A stretch of DNA of 64,000 nucleotides from an uncultured Actinomycetes bacterium (GCA_963725775.1 CAVRZT010000002.1:89640-153639), one strand, 5' to 3'; positions 1 through 10,296 are shown, counted from the stretch's first letter. Notes: generated from the sequence alone by a model not told the origin. Translations and numbers: made by a program.

Positions 1-328
1 ATGGGTCTACGTCGACATGGTCGCCGACGACAATCCCGTGCTCGCCGCCGTCCGTGATCGCGTCGGTCCCGACGCTCCGCCCGGTCTCTTCACCGCGGTC
101 GGCTACGACCTCGGGCTGCTCGTGGCCGAGGGCCTCGCCCGCGCGCCCGAGCTCACCGCCGAGGGCGTACGCGACGGGCTCGAGCTGGTGAAGTTGCTGC
201 CGTCGGCCGAGGGCCGCGCCGGGACGACCCTCGGGTTCGGGCACTGGGACCGCGGCGCGCTCCATGGCCCCTACCTCGTGCTCCGGCAGTGGCGCGACGG
301 GGCCTCGACCGAAGTCGGTCGGCCCTGA
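1..328 (+). CDS. ABC transporter substrate-binding protein, C-terminal fragment (gene begins upstream of the window)
   Basis: The frame is open from the window edge to TGA 326-328. The peptide ..GYDLGLLVAEGLARAPELTAEGVRDGLE..LVLRQWRDG resembles the C-terminus of Leu/Ile/Val-type periplasmic binding proteins. Confidence 0.6.
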   Translation, partial: WVYVDMVADDNPVLAAVRDRVGPDAPPGLFTAVGYDLGLLVAEGLARAPELTAEGVRDGLELVKLLPSAEGRAGTTLGFGHWDRGALHGPYLVLRQWRDGASTEVGRP

Positions 329-329
329 G

Positions 330-1109
330 TCAGAGGCTGATCGAGTACCCGCCGTTGACCGGATAGGTCTGCCCCGACACCCACGCGCCCAGCGGGCTGG
401 CGAGGTACGCCACCAGGCCCGCGACCTCCTCCGGCTCACCCGGGCGGCGCACGATGTAGCGGCGGAACGCCTCCTTCATCCGCTGCGCCTGCTCCTCGGT
501 GGCCTCACCGGTGTCGCTGGTCGGTCGGTGCATCGTGCCGATGGCGATGTTGTTGGCGGTGATGTCGTACCGGGCGAGCTCGCGCGCGTAGGCGCGCGTG
601 AACCCGGCGGCGCCGGCCTTCGCCGCGATGTACGCGGCCATGTTCACCTCGCCGGTGCGCGCACCGTCGGAGATGATCGTGATCACGCGACCCCACCGAC
701 CTTCGATCATCGAGGGCGTGACGGCGCGCGCGCAGTTCATCACGCCGTAGAGGTTCACCCCGAAGAACGGCGCCCAGTCGGCCGGGGTGGTGTCCACGAA
801 GGGACCGTCGCCCGTCCACCCGGCGGCGCCGGCGTTCCCGGCGTTGTTCACGAGGATGTCGACGCGCCCGACCGCCTCGACGCCGGCCATCACCGAGTCG
901 AAGTCGGTCACGTCGAACAGCGCGATCGACGCCTCACCGCCGGCCGCGACGATCTCGTCGGCGACCGACTGGGCCCGCGCCTCGACGAGGTCGTTGACCA
1001 CCACGTGGGCGCCGATGCGCCCCAGCGTGCGGGCGATGCCTTCGCCCAGGTTCTGACCGCCGCCGGTGATCAGCGCCCGGCGTCCGGTCAGGTCGAAGAG
1101 CGGGTCCAT
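330..1109 (-). CDS. SDR family oxidoreductase
   Basis: 259-aa ORF. It has the Rossmann motif TGGGQNLG, NNAG, and the catalytic Y-x3-K (AAYIAAK). Its start overlaps the stop of the upstream gene by 1 nt (TGATG). Confidence 0.88.
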   Translation of the reverse strand: MDPLFDLTGRRALITGGGQNLGEGIARTLGRIGAHVVVNDLVEARAQSVADEIVAAGGEASIALFDVTDFDSVMAGVEAVGRVDILVNNAGNAGAAGWTGDGPFVDTTPADWAPFFGVNLYGVMNCARAVTPSMIEGRWGRVITIISDGARTGEVNMAAYIAAKAGAAGFTRAYARELARYDITANNIAIGTMHRPTSDTGEATEEQAQRMKEAFRRYIVRRPGEPEEVAGLVAYLASPLGAWVSGQTYPVNGGYSISL

Positions 1110-2650
1110 CAGGCCTCACGATCCCAGGTGGTGTCGGTCACGCCCCGGTTGCGCAACTCGTGCTTGCGCACCCGCAGCGACGCCTCGGTGCGCGGGAGGT
1201 CGTCGACGACCTCCACGTAGCGGGGCAGCATGTGGCGGGGCATCTTCGGCTCGAGGAACACGAGCAGCTCGGCCGGGTCGAACGTCGCCGGTTCCGCAGC
1301 GATGACGCCGACCAGGACTTCGTCCTCACCGAGGTCGCCGCGGATGCCCACCACCGCGCACTCGACCACGTTCGGATGCTCGTTCACGATGGTCTCGACC
1401 TCGAACGACGAGATGTTCTCGCCGCGGCGCCGGATGGTGTCGCGGAGACGGTCGACGAAGTAGTACCAACCGTCGGCGTCGCAGCGGAACGCGTCACCGG
1501 TGTGGAACCAACCGTTGCGCCACGCCGCGACCGTCTGCTCGGGCATGCGGTAGTAGCCGAGATTGAGGCTCCACGGCTCCGCGCTGCGCACGATCATCTC
1601 ACCGACCTCGTCGGTGCCGACCGGCTCGTCGTGCTCGTTCACGATCCGGACCTCCGGCCACGGGTAGTCCTCGCGGGCGCGGCCGCAGTTGGCCCACGGG
1701 CCGTGGTCCCAGCCGGTGGTGACGGACATGCCGACCTCGGTCTGCCCGTACCCGGTCGCGACCCGCACCCCGAACCGACGCTCGAATTCCTCGATTCCCG
1801 GGATCATCGGCCCCGCGATCACGTTCCGCAGCGGGTTGTCGCCGTCGTCGGGCGACGGGGGAGCGTCGGCGAGGAATCCGGTCATGGGTCCGACGAGCGC
1901 GGCCGTGACGCAGCTCGTGGCGCGCACGTCGTCCCAGAACTGTGCGCTGCTGAACTTGTCGCGGAGGACGAAGCGCCCACCGTGGACCATCGCGTAGTTG
2001 AACGCCGAGCGCCCCGAGTTGTGGAACAACGGCATCGTGCAATACAGGCCCTCGCCGGCCGCGAGGGTGTCGTCGGGAACCCACGACCAGAACTGGTACA
2101 TCACGGCCCACGGCGTGACGACGGCCTTCGACGGTCCCGTCGTCCCCGAGGTGAACATCAGCGAATGCACGTCGCGGTAGTCCGGGCCGTCGGGCGCGTC
2201 GGCCGCGGCGTCACCTCCGGCGAGGAACGCGGCGCGTCCCGGTTCGTCGAGCACGATGATCCGCGCCAGTGCCGGGAGCTCGTCGCGCACTGCATGCACC
2301 GCGTCGGCGTACTCGGGCGCGACCACGACCGCGGTGACGTCGGCGAGGTCGAGCGAGTAGTGGAGCAGCCGACCGGTGAGCGCGCCGTTCAGCGGCACCT
2401 CGACCGCGCGCAACCACGCCAGCCCGAGCATCGTGCGGTGCGAATCGAAGTCGTTGGGCAACATGGTGGCGACGTGGTCACCGGGTGCGACGCCGGCGGC
2501 GGCGAAGGCCGAAGCCCAGAGCAGACCGTCGGCGTGCAGCGGACCGTAGGTGAACGCGCGGCCGTCGACGTGCTGCAGTGCGACCTGGTCGGGAGTCGAC
2601 TGCGCCCACCGGGCGATCGCGTGCGGCGCGAGACATGTGCGTTCGAGCAT
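1109..2650 (-). CDS. AMP-dependent acyl-CoA synthetase/ligase
   Basis: The last 513 aa of the 897-aa track ORF, starting at ATG 2650 (MLERTCLAP..). It has the AMP-binding motif FTSGTTGPSKAV plus GYGQTE and the C-terminal PRT..RKHELR. Confidence 0.88.
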   Translation of the reverse strand: MLERTCLAPHAIARWAQSTPDQVALQHVDGRAFTYGPLHADGLLWASAFAAAGVAPGDHVATMLPNDFDSHRTMLGLAWLRAVEVPLNGALTGRLLHYSLDLADVTAVVVAPEYADAVHAVRDELPALARIIVLDEPGRAAFLAGGDAAADAPDGPDYRDVHSLMFTSGTTGPSKAVVTPWAVMYQFWSWVPDDTLAAGEGLYCTMPLFHNSGRSAFNYAMVHGGRFVLRDKFSSAQFWDDVRATSCVTAALVGPMTGFLADAPPSPDDGDNPLRNVIAGPMIPGIEEFERRFGVRVATGYGQTEVGMSVTTGWDHGPWANCGRAREDYPWPEVRIVNEHDEPVGTDEVGEMIVRSAEPWSLNLGYYRMPEQTVAAWRNGWFHTGDAFRCDADGWYYFVDRLRDTIRRRGENISSFEVETIVNEHPNVVECAVVGIRGDLGEDEVLVGVIAAEPATFDPAELLVFLEPKMPRHMLPRYVEVVDDLPRTEASLRVRKHELRNRGVTDTTWDREA

Positions 2651-2652
2651 CG

Positions 2653-3339
2653 TCAGACCAACGCCCACTCGAGGCCACCGGCGAGGTGGCGCAGGTACGC
2701 CGGGCTCTCCCACGCGGCTGGGAAGTGCCCCAGGCTGGTGGCGAAGACGGGCCCGGCACCCTCGTGGAAGCACCAGGCCAGCGGATACCCGAACGACGGT
2801 GGGCGGGCGCCGGGCGCCGTGAGGTCGAGCTCGCCGTCGCGGACGTGCAGCAGCACCTGTGCGTCGGGTCGCAGGCCGCGGAACTGGTACACCTCGTCGC
2901 GCCACGCCCAGGCGTCGCCGAGGTGCACGCAGGCGGGATGGGTGGGGTCGAGCACGTCGGCGGTGAAGGTCTGGGTCCACGGGTGCCCGTCGAAGCGGGC
3001 ACCGACGAGCGCGCCGTACTCGTCCCACCCATCGCACGAGTCGGTGGCGGAGTGGATCGCGAGGATCGACAGCGCGCCGGCACGGACGCGGTCGAGGATC
3101 ACGTGCTGCTGCTCGGCGCTCCACGGCGTCTCGCCGATCGTGAACAGGGCGAGGACCCGCGCGGCGCGGAGCGCCGGGACACCGATGGTGCGGACGTCGT
3201 CCACGTGATGGGGGTCGAGGCCGTGCAGCTCCGCGACCTGGGCGACCCCGACCCGGGCCTGGTCGAGGACGCCATGGACCCCGGCCGGCCCGTCGGCGTA
3301 CGGCGCGACCTGGGTCACGAACAGGAGGTGGTCGGTCAC
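2653..3339 (-). CDS. ThuA domain-containing protein
   Basis: 228 aa from GTG 3339 (VTDHLLFVTQ..). It shows the ThuA-like pattern ..IHSATDSCDGWDEYGALVGARFDGHPW..THPA..DEVYQF..PLAWC..GPVFATSLGH. Its stop lies 2 nt before the synthetase start. The start is assigned by homology extent and no clear RBS is present. Confidence 0.75.
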   Translation of the reverse strand: MTDHLLFVTQVAPYADGPAGVHGVLDQARVGVAQVAELHGLDPHHVDDVRTIGVPALRAARVLALFTIGETPWSAEQQHVILDRVRAGALSILAIHSATDSCDGWDEYGALVGARFDGHPWTQTFTADVLDPTHPACVHLGDAWAWRDEVYQFRGLRPDAQVLLHVRDGELDLTAPGARPPSFGYPLAWCFHEGAGPVFATSLGHFPAAWESPAYLRHLAGGLEWALV

Positions 3340-3368
3340 GGCAGGAACGTAGCTCGCGGCCGGACGGT

Positions 3369-4604
3369 TCAGCTGCGGAGGGTCTGGCTCCAGGCCACGC
3401 CGCGGTCGGCGCTCGGCTCCTTCGGCAGCCCGAGGGCACGTTCGGCGAGGTTGTTGCGCTGCACCTCGTTGGTACCCCCGCCGATCGAGATACCGTACCG
3501 ACCGAGGAGCTCGGCCTCGACCCAGCGCCCGACCTCGTCGTCGCCGGTGATCCCGGCGGGCCCCGCGATGGCGACGGCGACGTCGCCGGAGACCGCCCTG
3601 TTGACCGCGATCGACAGCTTGAGGATCGACGGGTCGACCGGCGGCCGCTCGCGGCGACGGATCGCCCCCATGATGCGACCGGACAGGAGCCCGAGAGTCC
3701 GCTCCCGCACGTAGCAGTCGGCGAGCCGTTGCCGCACGACGGGGTCGTCGGTGCGGCCGAACTGCTGCGCGAGCCGCAGGAGGTTCGGGAAGTTGCCGCC
3801 ACCCGAGCCGCCGATCATCGCCGACTCGTTGGCCATCACCGTGCGGGCCGCCGCCCAGCCGCCGTCGACCTCGCCGAGCACGTTCGCGACGGGCACGCGC
3901 ACGTTGTCGAAGAACACCTCGTTGAAGTGCGAGGCGCCCGTGGCCTGGATGAGCGGCCGGGCTTCGATGCCGGGGCTGCGCATGTCGACGAGCAGGAACG
4001 TGATGCCGTGGTGCTTGGGTGCGTCGGGATCGGTGCGGGCGAGGAGCATGCCGTGGTCGCACCACTGCGCGGCCGAGTTCCACACCTTCTGTCCGGTGAC
4101 GACGAACTCGTCACCGTCGCGGACGGCGCGACACCCGAGGCTGGCGAGGTCGGAGCCGGCACCCGGCTCGCTGAAGAGCTGGCACCAGGCGTCTTCGCCC
4201 GAGAGCAGCCGCGGGACGAGCTCGCGCTTCTGCGCGTCGGTCCCGTAGGCCATGAGCGTCGGGCCGAGCATGGCGATGGTCGACCGGATGAACCCGGAGG
4301 AGCTTTCGTAGTTGGCGGCCTCCTCGTCGTAGATCCGCTCCTGCCACGCCTCGCCGCCCTGCCCGCCGACCTCCGTCGGGTAGGTGAAGCCGGTCATGCC
4401 GGCGCGGTAGCGGGTGCCCTGCCAGGCGCGCCCGTTCTCGAACGCCCGGCGGGCGTCGTCGGGATCGGTGTGGAAGTTCAGCGCCCACGGGCTCGCCTCT
4501 CGCTTCGGGTGCGAGTTGGCGTCGAGGAACTCCCGGACCCGGGCGCGGAACGCTGCTTCTTCCGGGGCCTCGGAGGATTGGATCTCGTCGATGGTGGTGC
4601 TCAC
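3369..4604 (-). CDS. acyl-CoA dehydrogenase family protein
   Basis: 411 aa from GTG 4604 (VSTTIDEIQ..). Motifs are WCQLFSEPGAGSDLASL, GQKVWNS and the C-terminal GGTNEVQRNNLAERALGLP. It is a paralogue of 57238-58503. Confidence 0.88.
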   Translation of the reverse strand: MSTTIDEIQSSEAPEEAAFRARVREFLDANSHPKREASPWALNFHTDPDDARRAFENGRAWQGTRYRAGMTGFTYPTEVGGQGGEAWQERIYDEEAANYESSSGFIRSTIAMLGPTLMAYGTDAQKRELVPRLLSGEDAWCQLFSEPGAGSDLASLGCRAVRDGDEFVVTGQKVWNSAAQWCDHGMLLARTDPDAPKHHGITFLLVDMRSPGIEARPLIQATGASHFNEVFFDNVRVPVANVLGEVDGGWAAARTVMANESAMIGGSGGGNFPNLLRLAQQFGRTDDPVVRQRLADCYVRERTLGLLSGRIMGAIRRRERPPVDPSILKLSIAVNRAVSGDVAVAIAGPAGITGDDEVGRWVEAELLGRYGISIGGGTNEVQRNNLAERALGLPKEPSADRGVAWSQTLRS

Positions 4605-4724
4605 TCGAGCGACGGTAGCCCGCGGTCGGCCGCTCGCACCCGGTTCGGCGCCGGGGTGTGGCAACGTAGCGGCGTTGCCAGGTCGGCGAGTGCGGGGAGG
4701 GTCGTGGACGAATCGGCGCCGGAC

Positions 4725-5204
4725 ATGGCCGCCATGCCCGAGCCGACGCCGGCGCTGCCGTCGTCGTTCCTCGACCTGTACCACGAGTCCTTCGCGCCGA
4801 TGGTGAAGCTCGCGGTGATCCTGACCGGATCGGAGGCATCGGCCGAGGATCTCGTCCACGACTCCTTCATCCGCGTCCACGCGCACTGGGAGCGCATCGA
4901 CCATCCCAAGGCCTATCTCCGCCGCACGGTCGTGAACGTGTGCCGCTCGGCCGCGCGCCGTGCCCGTCGGGAGCGTGGGTCGTCGTCGACCCCACAGCTC
5001 GCGTCGGTGAGTGCCCTCGAAGCCGACGAGCTGTTCGACGTGCTCTCCGCGCTCCCGTACCGCCAGCGCGCCGCGTTCGTGCTGCAGTTCTACGAAGGGT
5101 TGACGCAGGCGGAGATCGCCGACGTGCTGGGGTGTCGGGAGGGGACGGTGGCGTCACTGGTGCATCGCGGGCTCGCGCAGTTGCGGAGGGTGGTGGACCA
5201 GTGA
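4725..5204 (+). CDS. ECF-type sigma-70 family RNA polymerase sigma factor
   Basis: 159 aa. It has region 2 (LYHESFAPMVKLAVILTG..AEDLVHDSF) and a region 4 HTH (LPYRQRAAFVLQFYEGLTQAEIADVLGCREGTVASLVHRGL). An upstream GTG start is possible. Confidence 0.85.
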   Translation: MAAMPEPTPALPSSFLDLYHESFAPMVKLAVILTGSEASAEDLVHDSFIRVHAHWERIDHPKAYLRRTVVNVCRSAARRARRERGSSSTPQLASVSALEADELFDVLSALPYRQRAAFVLQFYEGLTQAEIADVLGCREGTVASLVHRGLAQLRRVVDQ

Positions 5205-5875
5205 ACGACGACGAGCTCGGACGGGCGATCGAAGCGAGCACCAGCCGCCGGGTGCGGGCATTGCGCCCGCGGCCCGACGCGGAAGAGCTGTTCGCGCGGG
5301 TCGACGTGCGCGCGACGCGCCAACGGAGGATCCTGGTCGCAACGGTCGCCGTCGTCCTCGTGGTCGGCGTCGCCGCGGGATTCGCCATCGGGCGGGCCGG
5401 CGACACCGCGCCGACCAAGGAAGCGATCGTGGCGCTCGACGACGGTACGCCGCCCCAACCGGCCGCGCGCCCGCAGATCGAGCCGGCCGACGTCGAGGGG
5501 GCCCGTATCGCGATCGAGGCGGCGTTCCACAGCGCCTTCGCGGGCGGCGTGCCCGACGCGGAGAGGGACGCGGCCACGCAGGACGGCGACCACCTCGGGG
5601 TGTTGGTGGACGAGGCGCGGGCCCGTGCCCTGAAGTTCGGGTACACCGCGGAACAGCTCGCCGGGACGACCGTCTCGGTGCAGGACGTCGCCTTCATCGA
5701 CGAAGCGCACGCCGTCGTGCACTTCACGCTGGCGATCCCCGGGCACGGCACGATCCTCGCCGACCGGGTCGGCTACGCGGTGCACACCGATGGCCGCTGG
5801 AAGGTCGCGCTGCGCACTGCGTGCGATCTGCTGTCGCTCGGCGGGCTCGGGCGCACCTGTCCGCCCGTCCCCTGA
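5201..5875 (+). CDS. membrane-anchored protein, putative anti-sigma factor
   Basis: GTG 5201 overlaps the sigma-factor stop (GTGA). It has one TM helix (ILVATVAVVLVVGVAAGFAI) and a C-terminal extracytoplasmic domain. There is no ZAS motif. The function is inferred only from position. Confidence 0.6.
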   Translation: MNDDELGRAIEASTSRRVRALRPRPDAEELFARVDVRATRQRRILVATVAVVLVVGVAAGFAIGRAGDTAPTKEAIVALDDGTPPQPAARPQIEPADVEGARIAIEAAFHSAFAGGVPDAERDAATQDGDHLGVLVDEARARALKFGYTAEQLAGTTVSVQDVAFIDEAHAVVHFTLAIPGHGTILADRVGYAVHTDGRWKVALRTACDLLSLGGLGRTCPPVP

Positions 5876-5879
5876 GCCG

Positions 5880-7603
5880 TCACGTCGGGATCGGCCCCGC
5901 GATCCCGCACAGTGTCGTGGTCGGAGCGGCGAACCGCAGCGCCACGTTGGTCCCGGCCCGCGAGACGCTGACGACGGCACCGTCGGGCCCGACCTCGAAG
6001 AGCCGCGGGCGCCCCGCTGCCCCCTTCGCCACGAAGCGCATCGACACCACCTGCGGACGAGGGGTGGTGATCCGGAAGGCGGTCGCCGCCGGCACCGCGA
6101 GCGTGACCGATGCCGCTTCGTCGGCGCCCGCGACCACGTCGACACAGCCGGGCGTGCCGTTCGCAACCGTGCGGGCTCCGGACACGTTCACGACGGTCGC
6201 AAAGCCTTCGGGGTACCGCGGATCGGAGCCGATCAACGCCTCGACGTATTCACGCGCGGTGAGGATGTCGGCGCGGGTCACGTCGAGTGCAGGGAGCTCG
6301 CCGTGGCGGTCGAGACGGGCGATGGTCGACGTCGACGGCTCGGTGACGAACGGGATGCCGATGATGTTCGTGCTCGCGATGGGCTCGCGGTCGCGGAGGA
6401 TCTTCGCGGTCGCGAGCACGCGCGGCCGCATCTCGCCGACGAAGAGCTCGGACTGCACCTCGTGGTCGAGCGCGACGACCTGCACGACGAGGAACCCGAC
6501 CACCACCACGGTGAACCCCGCGGTCAGCGGGCGACCGACGCGGCGGACGGCCATGCGGGCGACGTCCTGCGTGGCGAGGGCGAGCGCCGGGAGCAGGAGC
6601 ACCACGACGACGTCGGAGTAGCGCGAGGCCTCGGCATCGAGTCCGGCGCGCCGCAGACCGGTCAACGCAATGGAGACGACGGCGCCGACGGCGGTGGCGA
6701 GCACGAGCGGCCACGGTTCGTGCCGGGGTCGGGCGCGCCAGCACCAGCCACGCGGTCACGAGCACGAGCACGACCACACCCGTGCCGGCGACGCGGGTCA
6801 GACCGCTCAACGCGCCGGTGATCCCCGACCACGCGAAACTCGGGGAGGTCGCGGATCGCGGTCGACACCGAGCTGGTGTTGCGTTGCCCCTCGGTGCCCT
6901 CGAGCAGGTACCAGGTGCCGTACACCACGACCGGGATCGACAGCACCGCGGCGGTGACCCGCCACCCGCGGCGCAGGAACACGGCGATCGCGACCACGAC
7001 GGTCATGGTCACCCCGACCCCGGAACACATGAGCCCGAGGACGAGCAACCCCGACGCGGCGAGGTCGCGGCGGCCGTACGGACCACGCTCGGGCATCACG
7101 AGGAGCGCGCCGAGCCCGAACCCGACCGGCGCGACGATCGTGATCTGCCACGCGGTCGCCCGGTTCTCCCATCCGACCGCGAGCACGGTGAAGACCAGCG
7201 CGACCGCGGTGGCGTACGCCGGGGTCACGCCCACCCGCAGCAGGAACCGCCACAACAGGTGGGTCACCGCGAGGATCACGGCGATCATCAGCGCGACGTA
7301 CGGCACGTACGTGTGGAGCTCGAACACCGAGAACAGTGCTCGGTACGCCAGCACGACGAGGGTCGTCCAGTGCTCGAAGTGGGGCGCGAAGTCGCTGGCG
7401 TGCTGCGGGCTCGACCCGAGACCGTTGGTCGTGATGACCTGCCACTCGTCGCCCGCGAACCACTGATTGCGGTTGATCCAGAACAGGAGCGGCACCGCGG
7501 CGACCAGCGTGCACAGGTGCACGACCAGCCAGGTGCGGCGGTCATCGCGCCCGGGCGCGCCGTCCGCCGCGGCGGGCGCCGCCTCGTGCAGGTGCGCCGT
7601 CAT
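5880..7603 (-). pseudogene. large polytopic membrane protein (about 573 aa), interrupted by two frame switches
   Basis: Three overlapping minus-strand ORFs (7603-6662, 6810-6250, 6704-5880) join into one protein if +1 switches are allowed near 6834 (..AIRDLPEF|AWSGITGALSGL..) and 6730 (..TAWLVLARP|RHEPWPLVLATAVG..). The N-terminal half has many TM helices and the C-terminal domain is soluble. The family is not recognised. Confidence 0.65.
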
Positions 7604-7615
7604 GCGGCGCCGACC

Positions 7616-8393
7616 CTACTCGGACGGACTCGCCACGAAGTTCACCTGGACGTCGGTGAACCCGACCTTGCCGAGGAGGCCCTGCAGCATGTCGGTGGTG
7701 TTGGCCTCAGCCCGTTGCACGAGGTCGCCGTGCTTCGCGGCGGCCCCCAGCTTCTTCTGCGCCAGCGTCGTAGAAACGCTGCTCGCCGTTCGGGTTGTCG
7801 CTGAACACGGCGCCGACGCGGTTGAGGAGGCCGCGGTCGTGGCTCGCCACGCGGCTGGCGTCCATGTCGATGACGGCCTTGCCGAGGGTGGGTCGGGGCA
7901 GGGTCACGGTGACGGCGTGGTCGCCGCGCACCTGGATCGCGTCGGTCGCCAGGCCCGAGAAGTCGACCCGTGCGTCCACCGACCCCTGCGCGAGGAACAC
8001 GGTGTGCTCACCGGCGAGGAACGAGGGGAGGATCGAGACGTCGTCCTCCACGTCGATGGTCTGCTCGTAGCGACCTTGTGCCGCGGAGTACGTCGACAGG
8101 TTGGTGAGCTCCTTGAGCACCGCCGGTGGCGAACGATCGATGCTCGTCGTCGCGAACGGGTTGCCGACGTGGAGGAAGCCGGTCACGAGACCGACGACGA
8201 GGAGGAGCGCGACCGTGAGCGCGAGGGCCACCAGGGTCGAGAGCACGTTGCCGGGACGCGGCAGCCGCCGCCGGCGTGCCACCGCCGCCTCCTGGGTCAC
8301 GATGCGGACGGTGACCTCGGGCGCCGCAGGGAGCGTGGGGTCGAGGCCGATCTCGCGGGTCGGGCGCGGCGGGTCGTCGAGTACGACGGGCAT
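7616..8393 (-). pseudogene. DUF4230 domain-containing protein, one frame switch
   Basis: ATG 8393 is preceded by GAGGAGGG about 9 nt upstream. A TM helix is followed by a DUF4230-like body. The C-terminus ..LAQKKLGAAAKHGDLVQRAEANTTDMLQGLLGKVGFTDVQVNF reads only after a frame switch near 7765. Stop is TAG 7616-7618. Confidence 0.7.
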
Positions 8394-8412
8394 GGAGTGG
8401 TTCCCTCCTCGG

Positions 8413-8430
8413 GACCCGCGGGCGCGGGTC
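8413..8430. repeat. perfect 18-bp GC-rich palindrome (GACCCGCG-GG-CGCGGGTC) in a divergent intergenic region
   Basis: All 8 arm positions pair when read directly. It lies 20 nt upstream of the DUF4230 start and 90 nt upstream of the PhyH start. Confidence 0.6.
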
Positions 8431-8520
8431 GGAACGTTCGGAGCATGAACGAAGCCGGTCGCCATCCGGTTCCCGGTGTGCCCGGCGTCTCAGTGCGGCC
8501 CGCGGCATGATGGTCCACTC

Positions 8521-9372
8521 ATGACGGCGACCTCTCGCTTCCAGCACAAGCCGGGGATCGGCGGCGTCGACCCCCGCACGGTGGCGGCCGATCCCGCCCT
8601 GCTCGCCCGGGTGCACGAGGAGGGGTTCTGCGTGCTGCCCGGGCTCCTCGGCCGCGACGCGGTGGCCGTGGCGCGTGCCGCGACGGTGGCGGCGTCGGAG
8701 CAGGCGGCCGCGGGTGGGTACCCGACGGTGATGGAGGCCCTCGACCCGGGTGGGCGCAACGTGCGCAGCCCCGATCTCCTGGCGTACGACCCGGTGTTCG
8801 CCGACCTGGCCATGCACCCGGGCGCGATCCCGTACGTCGGTGGGCTGCTCACCGACGACTGGGTCCTCTCGAACTTCACCGGGAACAACGCGTTGCCGGG
8901 CAGCGGGTCGATGAACGCGCACTGCGACCAGTCGACGATCATGCCCGAGCCGTGGCCCGAGCTGACGTGCCTCAACGTCATCTGGTGTCTCGACGATGTC
9001 GACGAGGGCAACGGTGCGACGCGGTACCTCCCCGGGAGCCACCGGTACACCCGGTTCTCGGAGGTGCCCGCCGACCCGAAGGCCGGGATGCGGTCGTTCG
9101 AGGCCGGAGCCGGATCGGCGATCATCATGCACGGGCGCATGTGGCACACGTCGGGGGAGAACACGAGCACCGACCGCGAGCGGGTGATGCTGTTCGCGTT
9201 CTACCGCCGCGGGTACCTCCGCCTGCAGGCGAACTGGTGGCAGATCATCCCGCCCGACGCGCGGCGCACGCTGTCACCGGAGTTGCAGGACCGCCTCGGC
9301 CTGACCAGCCCCAACCGGGGCTACGGCGCCTACCTGGTGAGCACCGCGCCGCAACCGAAGCTCGGTTCCTGA
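8521..9372 (+). CDS. phytanoyl-CoA dioxygenase (PhyH) family protein
   Basis: 283 aa from ATG 8521 (MTATSRFQ..). The Fe(II)/2OG facial triad context is NAHCDQS ... MWHTSGEN. Confidence 0.82.
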   Translation: MTATSRFQHKPGIGGVDPRTVAADPALLARVHEEGFCVLPGLLGRDAVAVARAATVAASEQAAAGGYPTVMEALDPGGRNVRSPDLLAYDPVFADLAMHPGAIPYVGGLLTDDWVLSNFTGNNALPGSGSMNAHCDQSTIMPEPWPELTCLNVIWCLDDVDEGNGATRYLPGSHRYTRFSEVPADPKAGMRSFEAGAGSAIIMHGRMWHTSGENTSTDRERVMLFAFYRRGYLRLQANWWQIIPPDARRTLSPELQDRLGLTSPNRGYGAYLVSTAPQPKLGS

Positions 9373-9395
9373 TCCGGCGTCATCGACGCCGGCAC

Positions 9396-10250
9396 CTACG
9401 GCAACGCGACCGGACCCACGTGGTCGTCGTCGGGGAGCCCCCCATCGGTCGACGCGTAGACGTCGCTGGCGACGAGCTCGGCCGCGCCGCGCAGGGTGTC
9501 GGCGAACGCGGTGTCGGCCGCGTCGCGACCGGTGGCGATCCGGATCAGGGTCGTTCGGGGTGCGAGACGGGTCGCGTCGAACACCTGCCAACCCGCGGGG
9601 GTGAGCACCTCCGCGACCGCGTGGAAGTCCATGGGCGAGATCCCGGGGGCATAGACGGCGGCGAGGCGCGCGGGCACCCCGAGGGCGCGGCAGAGCGCAA
9701 TCGTCAGGTGGGCGTAGTCGCGACAGACCCCGCTCCCCGCGACGAGCGTGTCGATCGCGGTGTCGAGGGCGTCGCTCGCGCCCGACACGTACGCGAGCCG
9801 CTCGAACACCCACGCGGCGACGCGCGACGCCACGTGTCCCGGTGGCTCGTGGACCGCGTCACCGAATTCCGTGACCGCGAACCCGGCCAGCGCGTCGGAG
9901 GGGCAGAACCGGCTGGGCCGGATCCCTTCGATCGCCGCCCGCGAGATCGTCGGGTGCTCCGCGGCATCCGCGTGCGTCGGGGTCGAGGCGGGCGTGATCG
10001 TCGCCGAGTAGGCCAGCGACAAGGTGCCGGTCTCGGCGTTGACGACGTGGATCCGGCCCCCGTGCTCGACCGCGACCTCGACCACCGACACCGCGCCGCC
10101 GGGATCGAGGGCGAGGTCGAGCTGTTCCGCGCTGATGGTGCCGGCCGACGTGGCCGGCGCGATCTGGAGCGCGAGGCGGACCGGTTCCGTGACGTCGAAC
10201 GTGAGGGAGCACCCGACCGTCCACGAAAGGCTGTTCGTCGGAACGGTCAA
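9396..10250 (-). CDS. transglutaminase-like family protein
   Basis: 284 aa. It has an N-terminal bacterial TGase-like region and a Cys-His-Asp core context (GSGVCRDYAHL, DFHAVAEV, VFDATR). Confidence 0.82.
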   Translation of the reverse strand: MTVPTNSLSWTVGCSLTFDVTEPVRLALQIAPATSAGTISAEQLDLALDPGGAVSVVEVAVEHGGRIHVVNAETGTLSLAYSATITPASTPTHADAAEHPTISRAAIEGIRPSRFCPSDALAGFAVTEFGDAVHEPPGHVASRVAAWVFERLAYVSGASDALDTAIDTLVAGSGVCRDYAHLTIALCRALGVPARLAAVYAPGISPMDFHAVAEVLTPAGWQVFDATRLAPRTTLIRIATGRDAADTAFADTLRGAAELVASDVYASTDGGLPDDDHVGPVALP

Positions 10251-10296
10251 GGCCTGCAGTGTGACAGATCAGGGGTGGCGCAGGGAACGTCGTCGG

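Noticed and set aside
1109-3802. An 897-aa ORF read as a single large acyl-CoA synthetase.
   Set aside because: Only the last 513 aa (from ATG 2650) look like protein. The upstream 384 aa are Arg/Pro/Ser junk and overlap the ThuA gene in another frame.
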